Positions 1 to 12,134 of a stretch of DNA of 20,000 bases are shown here, in pieces. The stretch comes from Raillietiella orientalis (Eukaryota), in the NCBI GenBank assembly GCA_036172245.1, contig JAYWIR010000036.1, positions 2,230,849 through 2,250,848 of the forward strand, in the 5' to 3' direction. The position numbers and the translations under genes were made by a program. The notes beneath the pieces were generated by a model. That model had not been told where the DNA came from. It did no database searches and worked only from the letters and a program-made list of their open reading frames with translations. Positions within the stretch are counted from its first letter, which is position 1. Every line of letters starts with the position of its first letter.

Positions 1-162
1 GATGCCTGTCCTCTTGGTCACGATGACTGCGATGCCCGTCTCGAAAATAGGCACCGAGAAGTCCACATAGTTCTCGCGGTCCGCGTTGATCTTGAGGGCC
101 GTCATGACCATCTCCGTCTCGTGGTTGACAAGGGATGCCACCAGACCGCTCCATTTGCCATT
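1..162 (-). CDS. Nmdar2: Nmdar2-like coding exon 9, partial (S1 with the ligand-binding Arg); runs off the window
   Basis: Acceptor ctgtcttgcag. Encodes [54 protein letters not shown], compared with GluN2A [27 protein letters not shown]. Confidence 0.95.
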
Positions 163-417
163 CTGCAAGACAGCCGGGAGTACAAGCAGTGCCCCCGGGG
201 AACGCGCCCCTCTCAACCCAGCCTCTTTTATTCCTCCCCCTCGCAGATCTGGCCCTCATCCCCCGCGGCTACCCCAGGTTCTCTCTTCATGCCTTCTGTA
301 TGCGCTCCGCTCCTGACCCTCATCGCCGTTCCGGTTCCGCCCCATTCCATCTACCTTCCGCACCACTCCCTACTCCCTCCACCCCATCCCTTCCCCTGTA
401 CCCTTCAGCTCGCCTCA

Positions 418-708
<291 letters not shown>

Positions 709-712
709 CTAC

Positions 713-942
713 CCGTGATAGTAGGCCTCCTTGGACACTCGGCAGAAGACCCCTCTGTTGGTGGCACACTTCCCGGACTCGGGGTCCGGGAGCGCCAGGT
801 TCACGAAGGGGGGCTCCTCCAGGAAGGTGATCTTCAGGTGGAACTTCTCGGGCAGGCCCTCGGGGGGCACGTGGGAGTACCCGGGCCACACAATGTCCTT
901 GATGTCCAGGCCGTCCTTCCTCCAGGAGCGCCACGTGCCGAT
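713..942 (-). CDS. Nmdar2: Nmdar2-like coding exon 7 (ATD-LBD linker and start of S1)
   Basis: Acceptor gctcttgcag, donor GG|GTAGGA. Encodes [76 protein letters not shown], with the HL.I..LEE.PFV motif and the S1 loop-1 cysteines. 230 nt, phase 0 to 2. Confidence 0.96.
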
Positions 943-1459
943 CTGCAAGAGCCCCCGTGGTGAGGGGGGCTGTTCCTTCCCTTCTCCTGAAAAGCCCCCG
1001 GGGTCTGTGTCGGAGCGCGGGGGCGACACCCACGCAGCAAAAGCGGGGAGGAAGACGCCTCCGCAGCGTGGAAAGGGAAAAAAGAGAACCTCGAGGGGAG
1101 CAGCATCTCCCCCCCGAGGTTCCTTTTCCCCTTCCCTGATCCCTCCGGGCTTCTGGAAAGGCGGGGGGAAGACGAAGGCGCCGACGGGAGAGGAGGAGAA
1201 GATGGCGCTGCGGACGAAGGGGAAGTCGGGAGCAGCCGATCGAAGCTCCCTCCAAGCCTTCCGGACCCTTTGCGACTCCCGGCGGCGGAGACGGGATCGA
1301 CGCAGCCGCACCGGCCCCGTGGGATCACGAAGGCGGAAGGAAGAAAACGGGAAACGCGTTATTAGCGCCAAGGGGGCAGTAGCAAAGGGGGGGGGGAGAA
1401 GAGGAGAAGCGGGAGAGCCTCGCCCCCTCCGAGCGTGACAGCGCCCCACTGAATGGCTT

Positions 1460-1610
1460 CATCCCTCCTTTTCCTTCACGCCCTTCTCGTCATCCTTCCT
1501 CCTTCCTATCCTCCTCTTCCCCTTTCACCTTCCTCCCTCCTCTTCATCTGGTCCTCCTCGTCCTCTTTCCCCTTCCTCTTCCTCCTCCTCCCTTCCTCCG
1601 CTCCCTCTTT
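1460..1610. repeat. Low-complexity CT-rich tract (intron 6)
   Basis: Nearly pure pyrimidine run of imperfect CCT/CTT/TCC units. Confidence 0.8.
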
Positions 1611-2456
1611 TGGCTTCGACGATCGACTGAGAGCTGAGAGCAGACATTGAGCTCCCTTTACCCCTTCCCCTTCCTGCGCGAAGGCGCGTCTTCTCAAGCC
1701 CCGAGGGACCCCCCCCTTCCCTCTTTTTTTTTCTCCTCTCTTCTTCCGTGTATATCGAAGAATCCTCCGGGAAGAAGGGAGATACACGTGGACCCTCTCG
1801 GCGTTGCCTCGTCTCCCTTCCTTCGGGATTCCCCTGCTGGAAATGATTGGGAAGATCCCTGCTTGCCGGATGCGCCCGGCTCTCGCCTTGAGCGTTACGC
1901 AGAGCGTTGCCAAGGCGACGGCGAGGAATAGGGTCCTGGAGCAGCCTCTACTGGACGCCGGGAGGAGACCGCGCACTTGGGGAAGGGGTGTGTGTGCATG
2001 GGGGACTCCATGGCGGTGAGAATAGCAGCAACCCACCCGTCGGCTTCCCCATCCCCCTGGGGGGAGCCTCTCTAGAGCGCTGCAATTTGGACGCGTAGGA
2101 ATCGGGTGGCAACTGCTCGTTGGCAGAGAGGAAAGAGGAGGAATGGCAGGCGGTGCGGGCGCAACTTGAGCGGGTGGACAAACGCAGTGCGGGGAGGAGG
2201 GTTGTCACCCGGGTACGCCCGGGGTGGTGCGGGGAGGAGGGAGGGGGAAAGGGAAGAGCAGGTCGGCTGCCCACCGCCGCTCGCAGTGAACGCCGCTCTC
2301 CTGGCGGACGGACGAGCAAAGAATCGGCGGCCTCAACGCCAGTGGAGAGGGGAAGCACCCCCTTCTCGCCCTGCGGGGGGCTTCCCGTAGGAGGGTCGGT
2401 CCCGAACCCTAGTGGGACCAGCCGCCGGGCAAAGAGGTGCCCGCGCATCAACGGAC

Positions 2457-2595
2457 CTCTTCCCACTGGAGGCTGCCGCTGACCGCCGGCCTCAGGTTCA
2501 TGATCCTCAGCTCCGCGACCTTGAGGCTGCCGTCCTCCCGGAACTCGAAGTTCGGGATCACCGCCGGCTGGAGCAGGCTGACATTCATCATGTGC
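2457..2595 (-). CDS. Nmdar2: Nmdar2-like coding exon 6 (end of ATD)
   Basis: Follows a 57-bp intron. Acceptor cccgcccttccag, donor GAG|GTCCGT. Encodes HMMNVSLLQPAVIPNFEFREDGSLKVAELRIMNLRPAVSGSLQWEE (NV...F..DG.L....L.I.NL......WE motif). 139 nt, phase 2 to 0. Confidence 0.92.
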
Positions 2596-2652
2596 CTGGA
2601 AGGGCGGGAAGGAGGGAGAACTCGCGCCCTCTGCACGTCCCGAGGCGCTCAC

Positions 2653-2836
2653 TTGTAGAGATCCTTCCCGATGCTCCAGTGCGTGTTCCCGATGCCGTCA
2701 CAGGAGCAGGAGGGCACCAGGGACACGTTGGTGTTGGCCAGGCTGCTCGTAAAGAGCTCCACCCCATGGGCGAAGACATTCATAGCGGTCGTGATCTCCA
2801 TGACCATGGTGTAGTCCGAGGTGTCGTAGTGGAGAC
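2653..2836 (-). CDS. Nmdar2: Nmdar2-like coding exon 5 (ATD)
   Basis: Acceptor ggttccag, donor AA|GTGAGC. Encodes (G)LHYDTSDYTMVMEITTAMNVFAHGVELFTSSLANTNVSLVPSCSCDGIGNTHWSIGKDLY(K). 184 nt, phase 1 to 2. Confidence 0.92.
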
Positions 2837-3656
2837 CTGGAACCATGGGCACGTGCGCGCTGGTGCCCGACGGCGCGTGGCAGGCAGGCGGCGGTCATGG
2901 CCCGCGCCCTCCTTCCTTCCCACTACGAGATGGGGGAGACCCCGAGGAGGAGGAGGAGCACCGCACCCGAAGCATACGCGGAGGTGGCGACACGGACTCC
3001 TGGACGTTTCGGTCGCGCGGGCGCTCTGCCGCTCCCAGCTGAAATCCGCCTCGCTCCCGGAGAGGATGAGTCCTCGTCGCTAGGGGACGCCGGCTCTCCT
3101 CCTAAGGAAGCCTACAGGCGGAGCGGAATGAGTCAGCAGCACCGCGGAAGCGCGGACGGAGTGAGCACGTCGTCCTCAGGGATAATTCTTCCCCGGGAAA
3201 CCCTTTCGAGCGGATCTTCTCTTGGGGATCGCAAGAGGGCGCAAGGAGGCGCGCCCGCACCCATTCAGACACTCCTCGTGCAGGCACAGCCGCCACTGAC
3301 GTCTCCGTGGCGACCGTCGTCCGCTGCGTCAGACCGGTTGAGTGGTCCGTCCTATTGTCGGAGAAGACGGGGGCGCGCAGCAGGAAACTTCTGGAAAAAT
3401 ATGAGAAAGGGGAAGAAGGGTTGCCAAGGAATCGAGGAGGCTACTGCTATGGAGATGCATCTCTGTCACCCGCCTTCATTTGCAGGCGGCTATCCCGAGA
3501 CAGCCTGGTCGGTGATCCTCGGAGCATCCTCGTGGCCTTTCGCATCCCGGGTCGCGCACGAGATGACTCCGGGGACCTTGCGAGTGACCCCCTCCTCCTC
3601 ATCGTTTCGCGGACTCACGCTCTCCCTTCCGCTGACCGCCGCTCTCCCGACCTTAC

Positions 3657-3886
3657 CCAGCATTCCCACCGGAAACTCCGGAGGGGATTCGATGATGTTG
3701 GCGATGACGCTCTTGGTGGTGATCCACATGTAGTTCTTGCCTGTCAAGCCGAGCTGACCTGCGTAGCTCAGGATGCCCCTCGCCTCCTCCCTGGTGCAGT
3801 ACAACAGTATGATCCGCGTCTCCGACTCCCTGAGCTCGTCCAGGTCCTTGGGCTCCACGACCTTGATGATCTTCTGGACGTTGAAC
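3657..3886 (-). CDS. Nmdar2: Nmdar2-like coding exon 4 (ATD)
   Basis: Acceptor gctgcttcag, donor G|GTAAGG. Encodes FNVQKIIKVVEPKDLDELRESETRIILLYCTREEARGILSYAGQLGLTGKNYMWITTKSVIANIIESPPEFPVGML, with the ILLYC..EEA..I......GLTG..Y.WI and EFP.G motifs. 230 nt, phase 2 to 1. Confidence 0.95.
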
Positions 3887-4079
3887 CTGAAGCAGCCGCG
3901 ATGGTGAAAGGCGGAGCCCTCTGCCTTCCGAAGAAGCAGCAGCCGGAAAAAAAGACAGGCCGGACGATCAACTTCTCCTCCCTCCCTTCCTGCCCTTTCC
4001 AAACAAAGGGGAGGAAAGGCGAAAAGGGAAAGCTAAAGGCGGTCTCTAGTTACCAAGCAAGGCTGTTGAGAAATCCCTT

Positions 4080-7000
4080 CTCCCGTGCCAATGAATTTCG
4101 GAAATACCCCCACAGGTTATTCGTCTTTCGGGGAAGGAAGTTGCTGCCGCCTAAACCACCCGCGCAGTGGTAGTGCTTGAGTGTCACCGCCTCAGGAAAG
4201 CAGTGGCAGGGGAAATGCCTAGGGAGGACCAACTGCTCCCCTTTGACAAATGGCGGAGGCCCTACGCGCTTATCGGTTCGGAACCGACCGGTCACCTCCC
4301 TTCCCGTTGGCAATTCCAGCGAGTGGAAGGCGGCTACTGCGTCTCAGGACGCTCTTCTTCCGTTCTTCCTGCTGGCAGTGGCGAACGAAGAGCTCGTCTC
4401 CCTGCCTCCGGCAGAACGACACGCATCGCGACAGTCGTCTCCGGCTGCCCAACGCTGCTGCTCTCCCGACCCCAGCCGACCCATTCTAAAAGTGAGCACA
4501 CTTCCGTCTGCTGCCTCTCCTTACAGATGGCTCCCTTGCCCCCTTGACCCTACCCCACGTCTTCCTCGAAGAGAGTCCTCTTCTACACTTCAGGATCCGG
4601 AATTAGAGTAGGCATTTTTTTTACTTAAGAGACTCCGCGGAAGCGGCAGTTCCAAACTGTTTTCCCCTCTTTTCCCTAGGCACCATGGGAAAAGGAGACG
4701 AAGATTACCCCAGCGCCCTCCCAGGTTTCGTGCTAGTAAAGTCACCAGATGAGAGAACCACCAGACTGGAAAGGTCAGGGGCAAGCCGAGAACACTTCAG
4801 CCGCACGGACTACCACAAACAGATTTTATCAACGCATCATCTGCGCGAGCCTTGTTCACCTGCTGACTGCACTAAGGTCCATGTCGGCGGAAAATCTCTG
4901 GCAGCGATCGAGGCCTTGTCCGGTTCGGAAGGTGGAGCAGCGCAGACATGAGATCGTGAATCGAGCGCGAGACATCTGGGGACTGCTGGCGAAGAAAACC
5001 GGGGAGCGAGGCGGGTGAGGGAGGCGAAGCGGAAACGGCGGAAGAATGAGGTAGAACAGATGAAGAGATTGAGAACTGTGTCCGGTGTATCCGTATGCGA
5101 CGGGTGGACGCGGAGGAGCTGACCGTACCGAAAGAATTTGCAACTCATCCTCTTCAGATGAGCAAAAGAGCAGGAAGAAACGTTAAGACCAAGCAGAAGG
5201 AGAGGAGGAGAAAGGGAGTAGAGGAAGGAGGAACGTAGACGCTGAACGAAACAAGCGACTGAACGCTGTTTCTCCCCGGAGAAACGTTAGGATTTTACGC
5301 GTGGATCTTGTGAAGCAGAACGCGATGGATGCATCTTGGAAAGGCATTGGAATTCGTATCTTCGCCCATATGGATTTCGAACGAAGTTTCCTGCACGCGG
5401 ACATGTCTCAGGTCCACTGAAGTCCCCTGGGAAACTGCGAAATATATATTTAAAGTCTGCGAGTCGGAAGTGAGCTGCTATTAATAGGCGGACGACCGTG
5501 CGCACATCATTGTTGACGAACAATTAGCTATAGTCTGCGGCCTTCGAGTGCGGATTATCCAGTGGGAGAATACATCCCTATATTCTGAGTTATGTTTTTC
5601 ATGACTCTCATCAAACCACGGGGAGCTTTTGATTTTTTTTTTTTTTTGTCTCAGAGTAAACATAACCGGCTGTTCGCAAAAGGGGATACTCCGGAATGGA
5701 GCACGTCCCTCACTTTGCACTTTCAAGAACGTAGCATGCTGGAAGCTTCCGGCGTCCGTAGCACCGCAGGCGTCTCTGTGAATGGAAAAACGTCAGGGAA
5801 GCAGAGGTTTGGGGCGAGTCCTGCGCTCCCAAGAGGGGAAAGGAGGGGGGCGGGGAGTGCAGACTTGTGCCCACGAGTCCCCATCCTCTGGAAGGACGAG
5901 AGAGGAGGGAGGGAGGGAGATCTTAAAGACCATAGCGGAATGCAACCTCGTGACGTGGATCTGCTTCACGTGGGGGAAGTCGCCAACAAATTCTCTTCCG
6001 ACAGGCTACCGGGAATCGATTCCCCCCGCCTTCGGGAAAGCGACAGCGAGCGTGCTCTCGAGACGTTCGGACCCGGCCGACGAACTTCGATTTTCCCAGC
6101 CGTTATCCCTCTATCCTGGGACCCAGGAGAAAAACCATGCTGAGACTCGACGCCATCAAGCATTCCGCCAGGATCCGTCCACCCACTGCTCCCCAAGGTA
6201 GGAGGGGAGGTTCTTACCGGCCCTACCTCGCTAAGACCGGCAGCGAAACGCGAGACTTGGGCTACCGTTCCGCAGAATGGGGATGCATCCGGTTGTCTTT
6301 GACGGGGACGCCCATTCTCCGTCAACTTCCGCCCATGCCGTGCTGCGCCCTGGGTGTTCGCAAAGGGCGCAGGGGGGAGGGGGGAACCCTTTGGACTCCG
6401 GCGATCTCTCTTCCCTCGCCCCTCTTCGATTTTTTGCTTCCTCTCTTCTCCTCCTGTCTTACGGAAGCCGCCACGTCGTCCTTGTCGCGAAACCCCATTC
6501 TCCCCCATCCCGTTGCCCCCATCCATCACGCGCACTTAATTAGGACCATTCTATCCATCAGGAGCTTCGACCGTCTGCTCTGCATCAGATCGGGGAGGAA
6601 GAGCAGGGAAAAGAGCGGGGAGGCTGCGGAGCCGCAAGAAGAAATCTGGACGTTTCTTGGGGTGGGGTTGGAGAGCCGCTACCTTTGTCTCTTTTCGGCC
6701 TACAGAGGGATAAGTCCTTCATCTCTATCCGGCAAAATAAGGAAAGGGATCAAAAGACCGACTCTTTTTGTCCAGTACCGGCCCGCTCCTTCCCTCCTTC
6801 GAGAACTCCTCCCGCACCCCAGCTAAGTTCCACTGAGGTGCTTCTTCACCCTTCTTCAGAGCTCAAAACTCCCATTTGCATTTTTTCCTCTTCCATCCAA
6901 TACCGTCATTCCTGGAGGAGCCTTCCCAATTCTCCAGGGCTGACCCTTCACCTGTCTACGTGCTGCAGACCGTTTCAAAGCTCGGATCCTTCGCCCGGCT

Positions 7001-10000
7001 TCTCTTCCACGGCCCTGTTCCCAATTCGCCTGCTGCCCCGAGCGCGTCCTGCCCCTTGCCAAATCCCCGCGGAATGCCCTTCCCCGCAGGAAACCCTCTC
7101 CCCTTCTCCTCCCACGATCCTCGTGCTGCGCCCCATGCGCGTCAGATGCGCTTTCGACCTTTGTTCGACCCTCAGTCCCCGCTCATCAGTCAGTCTGCGG
7201 CTGACATTCGGCTCTCCCATTCCGTTTCACCGCACGAGCCGCTTCCATCCCTCACGTGGAAACGGAGGACGGTAGTCTCTTTCCTTCGCCTCGCATTACC
7301 CCTTCCCTCTACCACCCCGGCCGTTGTCCAGCAACTCTCGCGGGTCGCCATGGGCGCGCAGCCGCTCCCGTGCTTCGGGTCCCCCCGCGGAGTTGACACA
7401 GGTGCCCCTGGCCGTTCACTCTCCGTGCCCAGGGGTTGACCCTCTCCTCCTTCTTCCCCTTTCGCTCTTCCCGGTTTTTGGGTGAAGTCGCGGTGCTGGG
7501 GGAATCCTCGGAGAGCCGGATGGGTCTTTTCACCGGCAGCTGCCACTCCTGACAACGCGCCAGTCGCGTGAGGCGTGCGGGCGCGTCTCGCGCTGGCGCC
7601 GCCGAATTCGCGTTCCTTTCGTCTGGGACTTCCGTCCTTTTCCCCCAGAAAGGAGTTCACCAAGGCCGTCCGACACCTTGTGGCTCCGGTAGAGCGGTAT
7701 CTCTCCTGGTTCCTGGAGGCATCCGAAGCTGTTTTTCAAAGGCCTCGTGCTGGAACCGTTCCTCCCGAAGAGTCGGGAAGACTCCAGGGGACAGGAGCTC
7801 GTGGAGCCCGTCTTGGGAGCTCGTGGGAGCGGTCGGGAAGAGCTTCGTAGGAGCAGCGAGCCCGATGACTCGGCTCGAAAGACACACTCTCGGAACCCGA
7901 GGTCTCCTCATCTTCAGGTGTCTCGTCGCTGCCCTGAGCCTCCCGACAAGGTGGAGAATGGTGCGGAAGGAGAGGTGACCCAGCGGCTACGCAGGCGACC
8001 ACACTGGGGGAAACGCGACGTCTGGCTGTTCCTTGGATGCCTCTTGTGGAAGTCTCTTGAGGGTTTGTTTCGTTCTCATCAGGTCGACAGATGACCTCTC
8101 GGTAAGTACGTGCTCCCTGCGTGCTGCGAGGTCGCAAACCGAAATGCTGAAGATGCGAAGAGGGAAGGAAACGAACCTGCGCGCTTGGGTGGCTGGAAGG
8201 CTGGGAGGACGGGGGAGCAGGAGGGGTTGCTAGGAAACGGTCTCGTCCTGCGAGTCAGAAAGAGCTAGCGACCGAAGAGGTCCTCAGGCGTCCACTAGCA
8301 GACAGCGGGGGCTCTTCCGGTCAACCGAAAAATCGAATGAGCTGCGCTTGACTTCCGCTCCAATGCCGCAGCTTACGATCGGCCTCCGGACCACGCCGGC
8401 AAGTCATGGGAACGTGCGGGGATTTCGATAGGGGGTGCCTCCTCCCGTGCCTTGACAGGAAGGGGGGGGGACAGGGAGAGGGAGGTTGTGAACTTCAGCT
8501 CGTCTTCCACCCTCTCCCAACCACTCTGCGTGGCATGGTCCTCCAAGGAGAGAGGATACGGGGAGCACATCACCATGGCAGTGACTCAGGCAAATGAGGA
8601 AGAGAGTCAAGAAACGGTTCTGCGGGTTCCGGGTGGACATCTCAGGGAACGGTTTCCTCTTCCTTCCCTCCTCGCGTGGGAGTGCGAGGTACTTGCCCCC
8701 CCCCCATCCTGGCGCGGGACCCTTCCAGTCACAGCTGGTTCACACGTTGCTAACAGCATTGTTCCGGACATCCCGGGAGAGGGCTCCTTTTCATAGGATT
8801 TTTTCCCGGACCATCCGCGTCCCGAACAGCGTCCAGGAGCAACGGAAGGTTGCGCTGAAGGGTAAGACGCGCAAGGAGGGCGCTGTTGTATACTGGGGGA
8901 AGAGAGGAGAACCTTTGAAGAAAGGGACGCTATGAGGTCACGGGGACGCGTTGCTCAAGATTCTCCGCACATGGCTCGTCTTCCGGAAAGAGGTGAAGAA
9001 AAAAAAACACAGGAAGAGGGATGCAAAAAGTCCCAGGATGGCAGCGCAGCAGCAGCCCGTGAGGCCGGAAGGACCAGAAGCCGAGCCGCCGCCGTCGCTG
9101 CACGACTCTCGCAGACTGCGGCACTGCTGATGCTGCACCAGGATCTCCGAAGCAATGTCCACTGGCATCACTGAGACCAAGGGGAACGCGGACCTGAGAT
9201 GTCACAGGTGGAGGATGAGTCCCTCCCACACCTGCTTCTGTGGATTATGCTGCCCTCCGGCCCCTTTGGTAACACTTCCGAGTGACCTTAAACAGCCCCG
9301 GCAGGCAACCCCAGGCACGTTCTTGAAGCGCCTTTTCGCGTGAGATGTCCTGCCGCCAGCCGCGTCCCTGGAAGAGGCGGTCTGCTCCTTCCGTGGGATT
9401 GTGATGGCCTGGAGAGAGCCGAAAGAGGCCACTCGCTGCAAAAATCTCCCCATGAAGGTCTCTACGGGACGGTCCCATCCGGAGACCATCTAGAAGGAAC
9501 TTGGTGGCATCCACAAGAGGGTGAACTTAGCGTGCCAGGCTGCGGAACACGCTGTGACCTCTACCCGAGCCCCTCCATCGATGCTTTATATATCTATTTA
9601 TTCTATTTTTAGCTCATCCTCCTGTCCTGTTTCCAAAGTGGATCTCTAACTGCCTCCTTCCCCCCGAATATTTGGACGTGGCTGGAACTAAAGTCCCACC
9701 ACTGCTTCTTTTGCCTGTAAGTCCACCGGTGACAGTAAGTGCCGGGGCAACCAGGCGATAGGGCTCTCGCAGGCAGCATCCCCCTCGTGGACCGCAGTCG
9801 CGAGACAGCAGTCGCTAGGCGGAAGCGGACGAGCGGGAGTCACGCGACACCATCGGCAACCGCCGCTCCATCGACCGGCGGAGTTCCGCGGATGCTCGTC
9901 GTCGTACAACGCAGGTCGCCAGTGGTGAGAGCGAAGCCCGAGGAGGATGAGAAGGAGAGGAAGAGGCAGGGAGGCCTGCCTCTGCCAAGGAAGGAAGCGG

Positions 10001-10520
10001 CTCGAGGGAGGACTGCGGCCTTCCCCTCGCTCAGCGGGGGCTGAGGGGGGGGGGACTCTGCTGCCACCGCCCCGTCGGGACCGGGCTGGGCGCTGGACCG
10101 GCAAACGCGCAGTCAATAAAGCTGATCTCCTCTCCGAGAGCGGGCGACTGGCGTCCTCCAAGTTTTCGCTCCTGCCCAGGCGAGTCCCGAAGACTTCGGC
10201 CGCACGGCGGTGCAGTCCATTCAGTGGCTCCCGCGAGCCACGTCCGTCCCAGCAGGCAGATGCAGCTCCCGAGGAAAGGGCAGGAACAAAAGGCAAAATC
10301 GCTTTACGAGGCGATAGTCAAGGAATCGCCGCGGTGAAAGAACGCATCTCAGAAGTGAGCAGAGCCAAAGAGCTCCTTCCAATCGGACGGACTCGGCGAA
10401 GTCCAAATAGCAGGTGCTTCCACAGTTAGCTTTTGCGGATTTCGGAAGCGGGAGGAGAAGAAGAGAGGGAAAGAGCAGGGCGGAGAGCAGGCAGGGCGTA
10501 ACGACACCGAAGAATTCTTC
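4080..10520 (+). pseudogene. Block A: decayed or unresolved plus-strand gene-like sequence nested antisense in Nmdar2 intron 3; paralogous to block B
   Basis: More than 15 collinear translated anchors shared with 11300-18660. Plus-strand splice-like signals at 4608/4679, 5015/~5728 and 8102/8370. In-frame stops at 4171, 7976, 8794 and 9926, plus frameshifts. No recognisable domain. Boundaries approximate. Confidence 0.5.
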
Positions 10521-11949
10521 CGGGAAGAAGTCGTGGTTCAGGAACGGGATCAGGAGAAAAGAATGCTTCAAGTCATATGCAAATGGATCGCGACGATAAG
10601 AATGCCTGAAGCGACGATGCTCCTAATGAGGCTGATGATAACAGCAATAGGAAGAATGATTCTGATTATTCCGGCATAGAATTAAGCGATAGGGATCAGT
10701 TCGGATCGTTGCGTCCGTCTCATTTAAGTTCAGGAGCAATCAGCGGTGTATACATCCGTCCGGGGGAAAGGGAGCAGGAAATTTCATATGAATTAGGAGG
10801 AACGTTAGACAAAATGAGGAGTTACGGACGATAAATGTACAGCCGATTAGCACAAGATGAAGGCGATGCAAGCGGAAAGGCTAGGCTCTAAATCAACTTC
10901 GAATTTTTGAATTCTACTTTGTGTTATTCGACGGTCTCTGCGAATGGGATCTTAGCTCCCGGAAGATCTGCGCAGCGAAAGCAGCGAAAAAATTCCTCAA
11001 AGCTTCGTGATTCGATGGCACTCGCTGCAGAAAGCTCGAAAGAAAATGGGGAAAGAGGGCCAAAAAAAAAAATATATATGTGAAAATCCGACGCTGCGAA
11101 ACGACAGCATGGACGCAGCAGCCACAGCTTTCGCTCCAGTCCTTCCGAGAGCTGCCAAGCGCGGCGCGCATTGGAAACGGGAGCACGGGAAATTTGTACG
11201 GTACACTTATCCAATCAAGTGCACACTGAGGGGGCACCCGAATGCGCGTGGCCCTCGGTGGATATCGTACGACCCTGTAAGAGGTCGCAGAAAGAGAACT
11301 TCGTCAACAATAGCTCGGTGGAGCAGCGCGTGCACACTTGCTTATTCATCAGCTCCGGGGGAGCGCGAGCTATAAATGGACTTCCATCAACAATGAGGGT
11401 CAACAATGAGCGCGAAACTTGCCGTTGCCTCGGAGCGACGAGTATCACGGGCGGAAAGGCGCATGTCCTGACTCACCAGCTCCCCCCGCAGTCCCCTCCA
11501 CTCCCGATTCCAAACGTCCGGGACGAGATCCCGCCTCGCAAATCGCATCACCCCCTTTCCGGGCACCGTTCGACCTATCTGCAGGGGACTCGCGACTCCC
11601 CATCAGTTCCACTTGGCGGAGGCAGAGGGGGAGGGAGCTCTCCCCGGTCTCGCAGGGCGGGAACGGACGGTTTGCCGAAGCAGAGAGCTACCGTCGGTTC
11701 CTGGAAACGGAGCCGCTTCCCAGCAGAGGGAAATGGAAGGATGGCTCCTACCGAAGAAGAGGTCCTTCGGATGTTTCTGTTGCTGCTGCCCCTCTGATTC
11801 TTTTTGAAAACTGTTTGAAGAAGCCACCTCTTGAGACCTTCACCCACTGGGAGCGATGGAATCCCCCGAGTCTGCCAACTCTCTCCTCTCGAGAGTCCTC
11901 CGCAGCGCTCGCTATCCCCCTCCCTACCTCCTTTCCCCACTCCACTTAC

Positions 11950-12134
11950 TTGAAGTGGGAGGACATGACAGCCTTCTCCGTCACCGTCCTTATGAAGTCG
12001 CCCTGACCAGAGATCTCACTGGTCACTATGGAGAACTGGTGCCAAGAGTAGCGCTCCAAGATGGACAGCATCGCCTCCGCCTGATGGTTGATCGTCGGGG
12101 CAAGGCGTAGCTCCAGCCGCGATGCCGCCGCCGT
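11950..12134 (-). CDS. Nmdar2: Nmdar2-like coding exon 3 (ATD)
   Basis: Acceptor cctcctcttgcag, donor AA|GTAAGT. Encodes TAAASRLELRLAPTINHQAEAMLSILERYSWHQFSIVTSEISGQGDFIRTVTEKAVMSSHF(K), matching the GluN2 ATD motif LxPxIxxQxxxMLxIxxxYxWxxFSxVT. 185 nt, phase 0 to 2. Confidence 0.95.

Noticed and set aside
709..1449. N-terminal extension of the exon 7 ORF
   Set aside because: Read-through into GC-rich intron. Receptor homology starts exactly at the acceptor at 943.
3307..4173. 288-aa plus-strand ORF (also 121-684 and 2412-3083)
   Set aside because: Largely antisense to GC3-rich Nmdar2 exons, which commonly yields open shadow frames. No domain recognised.
8938..9180. Minus-strand ORF with an apparent transmembrane segment (GCCCAAILGLFASLFLCFFFF)
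   Set aside because: Hydrophobicity derives from an A-rich plus-strand run, and there is no ATG at the ORF start.
9150..9540. Possible degenerate copy of Nmdar2 exon 1 on the minus strand (VSGWDRP..FMGRF, VMPVD)
   Set aside because: Weak and not collinear. The segment aligns better to intron 1 sequence (16800-17150) in plus translation.
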